Shown here: positions 57,826 to 64,000 of the stretch, piece after piece
How the letters are laid out: each line of letters begins with the position of its first letter
Position numbering within the stretch: position 1 is the stretch's first letter
Assembly (NCBI GenBank): GCA_964628635.1
Contig: CAZVMC010000002.1
Span: 247-64,246 of the forward strand
DNA length: 64,000 nucleotides
Reading direction: 5' to 3'
From: an uncultured Novosphingobium sp.
Lineage (GTDB): Bacteria; Pseudomonadota; Alphaproteobacteria; Sphingomonadales; Sphingomonadaceae
The notes under the pieces: generated by a model
What the model was told of the DNA's origin: nothing
Databases searched by the model: none
What the model saw: only the letters and a program-made list of their open reading frames with translations
Program-made: the position numbers and the translations under genes

Positions 57826-58715
57826 CTTCGCGCAGCCGGTCGATCGCGGCCTTCATTCTGGTTACCCTGATCTGGGGTTCGACCTGGACCGTCATCCGGG
57901 ACCAGATCAGCGTGGTCCCCGCGCAGTGGAGCGTGACCTGGCGCTTTGCCCTGGCCGCGCTGGGGATGGCGCTGCTGGCGCGGTGGCGGGGGGAGAGCCT
58001 GCGGCTGGCACCGGGCGGTTATCGCCTAGCGGCCGCAATGGGTCTGCTGCAGTTCTGCATGAATTTTCAATTCGTCTACCAAGCGCAACACCATCTCACA
58101 TCGGGCGTGGTGGCGATCCTGTTTGCGCTGTTGCTGGTGCCCAACGCGGTCTTCGCCAAGATCTTCCTCGGCACCCCGGTAAGCGGTCGGTTTTTGGCCG
58201 GGGGCGCAGTTGCGATCGGCGGGATCGCGCTGCTGCTGGCGCACGAATATGAAGTCGCTCCGCCAAATGGATCGGTGGTGCTGGGCGCGGTGTTAACCTG
58301 TTGCGCGATCCTGTGTGCGTCGGGCGCAAATGTGATGCAGGCCAGCCAGACCGCACGGGCGCAACCTGCGCTTAGCCTGATTGCCTGGGCCATGTTTTTC
58401 GGGACTTTGTTCGATGCGACGCTGGCGCTGGTGATGACCGGCCCGCCCATCTGGGACCCCCGCCCCGAATACTGGTGGGGCATCGCCTATCTCGGGATCC
58501 TCGGTTCGGTCGTTACTTTCCCGCTCTATTTCGCACTGATCCGCGATTGGGGCCCGGGGCCGGCGGCTTACAACGGGGTGGCTGTGCCGGTGGTGGCAAT
58601 GGGCTGGTCGACCTTGCTCGAAGGCTATCAGTGGACCGCGCTGGCGGTAGGCGGGGCGGTGCTGGCGATGGCTGGGCTATTGATTTCGCTCAGCCGCCCC
58701 AAGGCAGACTCGTAG
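57822..58715 (+). CDS. EamA/DMT family transporter
   Basis: LIWGSTW, about ten TM, YLGILGSVVTF. Confidence 0.9.
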   Translation: MTSRSRSIAAFILVTLIWGSTWTVIRDQISVVPAQWSVTWRFALAALGMALLARWRGESLRLAPGGYRLAAAMGLLQFCMNFQFVYQAQHHLTSGVVAILFALLLVPNAVFAKIFLGTPVSGRFLAGGAVAIGGIALLLAHEYEVAPPNGSVVLGAVLTCCAILCASGANVMQASQTARAQPALSLIAWAMFFGTLFDATLALVMTGPPIWDPRPEYWWGIAYLGILGSVVTFPLYFALIRDWGPGPAAYNGVAVPVVAMGWSTLLEGYQWTALAVGGAVLAMAGLLISLSRPKADS

Positions 58716-59468
58716 ACCCTCGCGATAACTCGGATAGCGCGGCTGCCAGCCGAGTGCGCGTTTGGCCTTGCCATTCGCGATGCGGCGGTTCTCGGCATAG
58801 AAGGCGCGGGCCATGGGACTGAGCTGGGCATCGTCGAGCGATTGCAACGGCGGCGGTTCCAGCCCGAGCAGGCGGCAGGCTTCCTCGATCACCGCGTTCT
58901 GGCTGGTGGGCTGGTCATCGGCAAGGTTGTAGGCCCCCGGCGGGGCGCTTAGCGCAGCGACTGAGCCGCTGACAATGTCATCGACATGGACCCGGCTGAA
59001 GACTTGCTCCGGCAAGTCGATCCGGGTCGCCCGGCCTTCGCGCACCCGCTCCAGCGCCGAGCGTCCGGGGCCGTAGATCCCCGGCAATCGCAGCACCCGC
59101 GCGCCGCGCGCGAGCCAGGCGGTGTCAGCTTCGGCCCGCGCGGTGCGCCGGCCGGTGCCGGTGGGTGCTGATTCATCGACCCACGCTCCGCCAGTGTCAC
59201 CATAAATCCCGGTAGACGAGAGGTAGCCGAGCCATTTACCGCTCAGCACATCGCCGTAGGCATCGAGCACCGGATCGCCATCGGCACTGGGTGGGACCGA
59301 GGAGAGAACATGGCTGCTGTCGGCCAGCGCGAGGCGGACATTGGTGGCATCGTCGAACCGTAGCGTTCCCGTGCTGCCGGTGGAAATCACCTCCCAGCCG
59401 TCGGCAGTCAGCGCTGCGTCGATCCGGGTAGCGGTATAGCCGAGGCCGAAGATGAACATCCGCTTCAT
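58677..59468 (-). CDS. Atypical SDR / NAD-dependent epimerase
   Basis: IFGLGY, YLSSTGIYGD, RLPGIYGPGR, SRVHVDDI. Confidence 0.9.
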   Translation of the reverse strand: MKRMFIFGLGYTATRIDAALTADGWEVISTGSTGTLRFDDATNVRLALADSSHVLSSVPPSADGDPVLDAYGDVLSGKWLGYLSSTGIYGDTGGAWVDESAPTGTGRRTARAEADTAWLARGARVLRLPGIYGPGRSALERVREGRATRIDLPEQVFSRVHVDDIVSGSVAALSAPPGAYNLADDQPTSQNAVIEEACRLLGLEPPPLQSLDDAQLSPMARAFYAENRRIANGKAKRALGWQPRYPSYREGLRVCLGAAERNQ

Positions 59469-59478
59469 GCCACCCCCA

Positions 59479-59547
59479 TGCCGTTCGCATCGCGCGAAGT
59501 CGAGATGCCGTGCACTGGTGTCTCGACTTCGCGCGATGCGAGCGGCA
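59479..59547. repeat. Palindromic element, family C
   Basis: 27-bp arms tgccg(t/c)tcgcatcgcgcgaagtcgaga with one mismatch. Confidence 0.9.
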
Positions 59548-59557
59548 AGGGAGAATC

Positions 59558-62161
59558 ATGGATGCCATGACTGCCCCGCCCGCCGCCCCGCCTGTTATCC
59601 GCCGCGAGGATTACCGCCCGCCTGAATGGCTGGTTCCCGAAGTGAAGCTGTCGTTCGACCTCGGGATCGAGGCGACGCGGGTGGTAGCGACGCTGACGGT
59701 AGCGCGCTCGGGCCAGAACCAGACGATCCGGCTCAACGGCGATGGCCTGACCGCACAAGGCGTGCTGGTCGATGGCCAGCCGACCAACGCCTGGCGGATG
59801 GAAGGCGATGATCTGCTGATCGATCTGCCCGGCGCGGCGCATGAAATTGCGATCACCACCGCGATCAACCCCGCCGCCAATACCCAGCTGATGGGGCTCT
59901 ACGCTTCAAATGGGATGCTCTGCACCCAGTGCGAGGCCGAGGGCTTTCGGCGGATCACCTTCTTCCCCGATCGGCCCGATGTGCTGTCGGTCTACACGGT
60001 GCGAATGGAGGGGAAGAAGGCGCAGTTTCCGGTGCTCTTGTGCAACGGCAACTGCACCGGATCGGGTGAAAATGCCGACGGGACGCACTGGGCCGAGTGG
60101 CACGATCCCTGGCCCAAGCCGAGCTATCTGTTCGCGCTGGTCGCGGGCGAGCTGGTGGCGAACCACGATACTTTCACCACGAAGTCGGGACGCAAGGTCG
60201 ATCTCAATATCTGGGTGCGGGATGGTGATCAGGACCGCACCCATCACGCTATGGCGTCAATCAAGAACTCGATGCGGTGGGATGAACTGACCTTTGGGCG
60301 CGAGTACGACCTTGATCTGTTCAACATCGTCGCAGTCAGCGATTTCAACATGGGGGCGATGGAGAACAAAGGCCTCAACGTCTTCAACACCCGCTACATC
60401 CTCGCCGATCCCGAAACCGCGACCGATATGGATTACGACGGGATCGAGTCCGTGGTCGCCCACGAATATTTCCACAACTGGTCGGGCAACCGGGTGACCT
60501 GCCGCGATTGGTTCCAGCTAAGCCTCAAGGAAGGCTTCACCGTGCTGCGCGACCAGCTGTTCAGCCAGGACATGGGCAGCGAACACGTCAAGCGGATCGA
60601 GGATGTGCGGGTGTTGCGCTCAGCCCAGTTCCCCGAGGATTCTGGCCCGCTGGCGCACCCGATCCGGCCGGATTCCTATCAGGAGATTTCCAACTTCTAC
60701 ACCGCGACGGTCTATAACAAGGGGGCCGAGGTGATCCGCATGATGCGGACGCTTGCCGGACCGGAGCGGTTCCGCAAAGGCTGCGATCTCTACTTCGAGC
60801 GCCACGATGGTGAGGCTGCGACCTGCGAGGATTTCGTGCGTGCAATCGAGGACGGTGCCGGGCTGGACCTCAAGCAGTTCCGCCGCTGGTATCAGCAAGC
60901 CGGAACTCCCAAGGTGGAAGCGCGGCTGGAGCACAGCGGGGACATCGCGACGCTGACCCTGCGCCAGGCTGTCCCGCCCACCCCCGGCCAGCCCGACAAG
61001 CTGCCGATGGTCATCCCGTTGCGGCTGGCTCTGTTCGACCGGGCGACCGGCACCCACCGGGGCGAGCAATTGGTGGTGCTCGATCAAGCTCAAGCGAGCC
61101 TGAGCTTTGTCGGATTCGACCAGAAGCCTGTCCTGTCGATCAACCGCGGCTTCTCTGCGCCGGTGGCGATCGACGCGGGCCAGTCCGCGGCGGATCTGAT
61201 GTACCTCGCTGCGCACGATGACGATCCCTTCGCGCGGCAGGAGGCTTTGCAGCAACTCGTGGTCGGCCAACTGGTCGCGGCGGTCGGCGGCGGGCTATTG
61301 TGCGAGGGCGACCGTGATGCAGCGCGCGCGGGAATTCGCGAGGCCTTCGCCGCTGTGCTCGCCGATCCGGCGTTGGACGATCTGATGCGCGCCGAACTGC
61401 TGGTCATGCCCGGAGAAGCCTACCTCGCCGAGCAGTTCGCCGCGGCCGATCCCGGTGCGATCCGGGCTGAACGCGAAGCGCTCAAGGCATTTCTCGGGGC
61501 GAGCCTGGAGGACCAGTTCGTGGCACTGCACCGCCGCGCCACGAACGTGCCCTATAGCCTCTCAGCCGAAGCCAAGGGCGCGCGGAAGGTCAAGACGCAG
61601 GCGCTGGTCTATCTTGCCGCTGGCGCGCCGGCGCTGGCCGCAGATATGTCCGCCGCGCAATTCGATGCGGCAGACAATATGACCGACCGGCAGGGCGCGC
61701 TGATGGTCCTGTGCGGGCTGGATACGCCGCTGCGAGCGGAAAAGTTGGCAGCGTTCCACCAGCGCTTTGCCGGCAATGCGCTGGTGATCGACAAGTGGTT
61801 CTCGCTCCAGGCTGGTTCGCTCCATCCGGAGGTGCTGGATCATGTGGCCGCTTTGGCACGGCACCCAGACTTCACGATGAGCAATCCCAACCGGGTCCGC
61901 GCGCTCTATATGGCCGCTGCGGTCAACGCCGGGGCGTTCCATGCGGCCGATGGCACCGGCTACCGGATGATCGCCGACCTGATCCTGGCGCTCGATCCGA
62001 TCAACGCCCAGACCGCCGCGCGCTTCGTCGCCCCGCTCGGGCGCTGGCGGCGGATCGAACCGGGCCGCGCGGCGCTGATGCGGGCTGAATTGGAACGGAT
62101 CGCCGCCGCGCCGGGGCTTTCGAAGGATACTTTCGAGCAAGTGAGCAAGTCGCTTGGCTGA
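59558..62161 (+). CDS. pepN: Aminopeptidase N
   Basis: TQCEAEGFR, GAMENKG, HEYFH...LKEG, NFYTATVY, NPNRVRAL. Confidence 0.97.
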   Translation: MDAMTAPPAAPPVIRREDYRPPEWLVPEVKLSFDLGIEATRVVATLTVARSGQNQTIRLNGDGLTAQGVLVDGQPTNAWRMEGDDLLIDLPGAAHEIAITTAINPAANTQLMGLYASNGMLCTQCEAEGFRRITFFPDRPDVLSVYTVRMEGKKAQFPVLLCNGNCTGSGENADGTHWAEWHDPWPKPSYLFALVAGELVANHDTFTTKSGRKVDLNIWVRDGDQDRTHHAMASIKNSMRWDELTFGREYDLDLFNIVAVSDFNMGAMENKGLNVFNTRYILADPETATDMDYDGIESVVAHEYFHNWSGNRVTCRDWFQLSLKEGFTVLRDQLFSQDMGSEHVKRIEDVRVLRSAQFPEDSGPLAHPIRPDSYQEISNFYTATVYNKGAEVIRMMRTLAGPERFRKGCDLYFERHDGEAATCEDFVRAIEDGAGLDLKQFRRWYQQAGTPKVEARLEHSGDIATLTLRQAVPPTPGQPDKLPMVIPLRLALFDRATGTHRGEQLVVLDQAQASLSFVGFDQKPVLSINRGFSAPVAIDAGQSAADLMYLAAHDDDPFARQEALQQLVVGQLVAAVGGGLLCEGDRDAARAGIREAFAAVLADPALDDLMRAELLVMPGEAYLAEQFAAADPGAIRAEREALKAFLGASLEDQFVALHRRATNVPYSLSAEAKGARKVKTQALVYLAAGAPALAADMSAAQFDAADNMTDRQGALMVLCGLDTPLRAEKLAAFHQRFAGNALVIDKWFSLQAGSLHPEVLDHVAALARHPDFTMSNPNRVRALYMAAAVNAGAFHAADGTGYRMIADLILALDPINAQTAARFVAPLGRWRRIEPGRAALMRAELERIAAAPGLSKDTFEQVSKSLG

Positions 62162-62912
62162 CGCGGTCGAAGTCATCCGCGCCGCTGCGCTCGGCGGGAT
62201 GCCGCACGGCTTCCTGGGTCGTCGCGGCGGGGTTTCGACCGGCGTGGTTGCCGGGCTCAACGTTGGACTGGGAACCGGCGACGAGGCCGACGCGGTGGCA
62301 ACCAACCGCAAGCTGGCCGCCGATGCCGTGCTGCCGGGCGCACAGTTGGCCACGGTCTATCAGGTCCACTCAGCCGATTGCGTGACGCTGAGCGAGCCGT
62401 GGCCCGATGCGCAGCGCCCCCACGCCGACGCTTTGGTTACCGACCGCCCTGGCCTGCTGCTGGGAATCGTCACCGCCGATTGCGCCCCGGTGTTGTTGGC
62501 CGACCCCGAGGCAGGTGTGGTCGGTACTGCCCATGCTGGGTGGAAGGGCGCGGTCGGCGGAGTGACCGATGCTACAATCGCCGCGATGGAAAGCCTCGGC
62601 GCTAAGCGCGCGAATATCACCGCTGCTGTCGGGCCGTGCATCGCACAGGCCAGCTATGAGGTCGATTCCGGGTTCAAGGACCGCTTCCCCACCGAAGCTG
62701 CGCGGTTTTTCGCGGTTGGCGCACCGGGCCACTTCCAGTTCGACCTGCCCGGCTATGTCGCTGCACGGCTCGTATCAGCTGGAATTGATGTGGTCGAAGT
62801 GCTGGGGCTCGATACCTATGCCGAGCCCGATCGCTTCTTCTCGTTCCGCCGCGCCACCCATCGCGGCGAGCCGGACTACGGACGGCAATTCTCGCTGATT
62901 GCGCTGCCCTGA
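62154..62912 (+). CDS. pgeF: Peptidoglycan editing factor / laccase-domain protein
   Basis: HGFLGRRGGVS, QVHS, TADCAPVL, HAGWKG, FFSFRR. Confidence 0.92.
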   Translation: MADAVEVIRAAALGGMPHGFLGRRGGVSTGVVAGLNVGLGTGDEADAVATNRKLAADAVLPGAQLATVYQVHSADCVTLSEPWPDAQRPHADALVTDRPGLLLGIVTADCAPVLLADPEAGVVGTAHAGWKGAVGGVTDATIAAMESLGAKRANITAAVGPCIAQASYEVDSGFKDRFPTEAARFFAVGAPGHFQFDLPGYVAARLVSAGIDVVEVLGLDTYAEPDRFFSFRRATHRGEPDYGRQFSLIALP

Positions 62913-63131
62913 CCGGTGCCGCGAAGCGCGCAACAAATCGTGCAAAAATCGCTGTTGGCAGCGCGGCACTTCGCGTCTATCAGGCGCGCCAAGTCGGCTT
63001 GCTGACCATGCCAAAGGTATGTGCTAAAGGCCGGAATCAGGGGCTACCCGGGTGTTGTTGACGGGCTGGCTTGCGCCTTGGCCAATCGGCCAGTGGGGCA
63101 GGCCGGGCAAGAACAGGATAAGGTTCGAAAC

Positions 63132-63710
63132 ATGGCAAACGATGCGGGCATCGCAACAGCCGAACTGCCGGGCGAGGCGTCCAGCGGAGACGGCGTTCGC
63201 CGCCGCGATTTCATCAATATCGCTGCTGTCAGTGCCGCCGGGGTTGGTGCCGCTGCCACTTTGGTGCCGCTAATCAGCCAGATGTCTGCTTCGGCCGACG
63301 TGCTCGCGGAAAGCAGCACCGAGGTTGATCTTTCGGCGATCGAAAGCGGTCAGGCGATCAAGGCCGTCTTCCGCAAGCAGCCGGTCTTCATCCGCAACCT
63401 GACCCCGGCCGAAATCGCCGAGGCGAACAAGGTCGATGTCAACAGCCTGCGTGATCCGCAGTCGCTCGATGACCGCACCCAGGAAGGCCACCGCAACTGG
63501 CTGGTTACCATGGGGGTCTGCACCCATTTGGGCTGCGTTCCGCAGGGTGCGGCTGAAGGTGAAGTGAAGGGTGAATTCGGCGGCTACTTCTGCCCCTGCC
63601 ACGGTTCGCACTACGATACCGCCGCGCGAATTCGCAAAGGCCCGGCGCCTGCGAACCTGGTGGTTCCCGAATACAAGTTCCTGTCCGACACCAAGATCAA
63701 GATCGGCTGA
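63132..63710 (+). CDS. petA: Ubiquinol-cytochrome c reductase Rieske subunit
   Basis: RRRDF Tat motif, [14 protein letters not shown]; ATG 63132. Confidence 0.97.
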   Translation: MANDAGIATAELPGEASSGDGVRRRDFINIAAVSAAGVGAAATLVPLISQMSASADVLAESSTEVDLSAIESGQAIKAVFRKQPVFIRNLTPAEIAEANKVDVNSLRDPQSLDDRTQEGHRNWLVTMGVCTHLGCVPQGAAEGEVKGEFGGYFCPCHGSHYDTAARIRKGPAPANLVVPEYKFLSDTKIKIG

Positions 63711-63721
63711 GGTCACATATT

Positions 63722-64000
63722 ATGAGCTTCCCCTGGGCCAAGCAGTATACTCCGACCCACCCGTTCATGGTGTGGATGGATGAAAAGCTTCCGCTTCCCC
63801 GCCTGATCTACGGCGCGGTCGGTGGCGGCTACGAAGTGCCGCGCAACATCAACTATCTGTGGAACTTCGGCTTCCTTGCCGGGTTCTGTCTGGTGATCCA
63901 GATCATCACCGGGGTCGTGCTGGCGATGCATTACGCCGCTGACGCGCGGATCGCCTTCGATTCAACCGAGCACATCATGCGCGACGTCAACTGGGGTTGG
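63722..64000 (+). CDS. petB: Cytochrome b, 5' part
   Basis: MSFPWAK...[12 protein letters not shown]...[12 protein letters not shown]...IMRDVNWGW; runs off the window. Confidence 0.97.
   Translation, partial: MSFPWAKQYTPTHPFMVWMDEKLPLPRLIYGAVGGGYEVPRNINYLWNFGFLAGFCLVIQIITGVVLAMHYAADARIAFDSTEHIMRDVNWGW

Overview
GC-rich alphaproteobacterial chromosome segment; gene content and order suggest Sphingomonadales (Novosphingobium/Erythrobacter-like, an inference). It is mostly housekeeping: thrS, glnE, bcp, galU, murA, phbB, leuS-lptE-holA, lspA-ileS, ribF, folA, purKE, gpmA, tRNA-Thr(GGT), ltaE, pepN, pgeF, petA and the start of petB. No CRISPR array, transposase, integrase or prophage was seen. 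Five things stand out. (1) An inositol-activation cluster: Ino1, a cytidylyltransferase and two CDP-alcohol phosphotransferases. (2) A 22-codon leader with five tandem Thr codons and alternative hairpins upstream of thrS, a probable attenuator absent from the ORF track. (3) A bufferin-type MNIO RiPP locus where two different Cys-rich precursors are divergently transcribed from twin GTAACC-N16-CGAA promoters but share one DUF692/DUF2063 pair. (4) About a dozen 70-210 bp palindromic elements of at least three families, one translated in frame inside IleS and one family whose arms diverge between copies but stay complementary within each copy. (5) An intact GDPD-fold gene that has lost its catalytic motifs. 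All family assignments come from motif recognition by eye, not from database searches.
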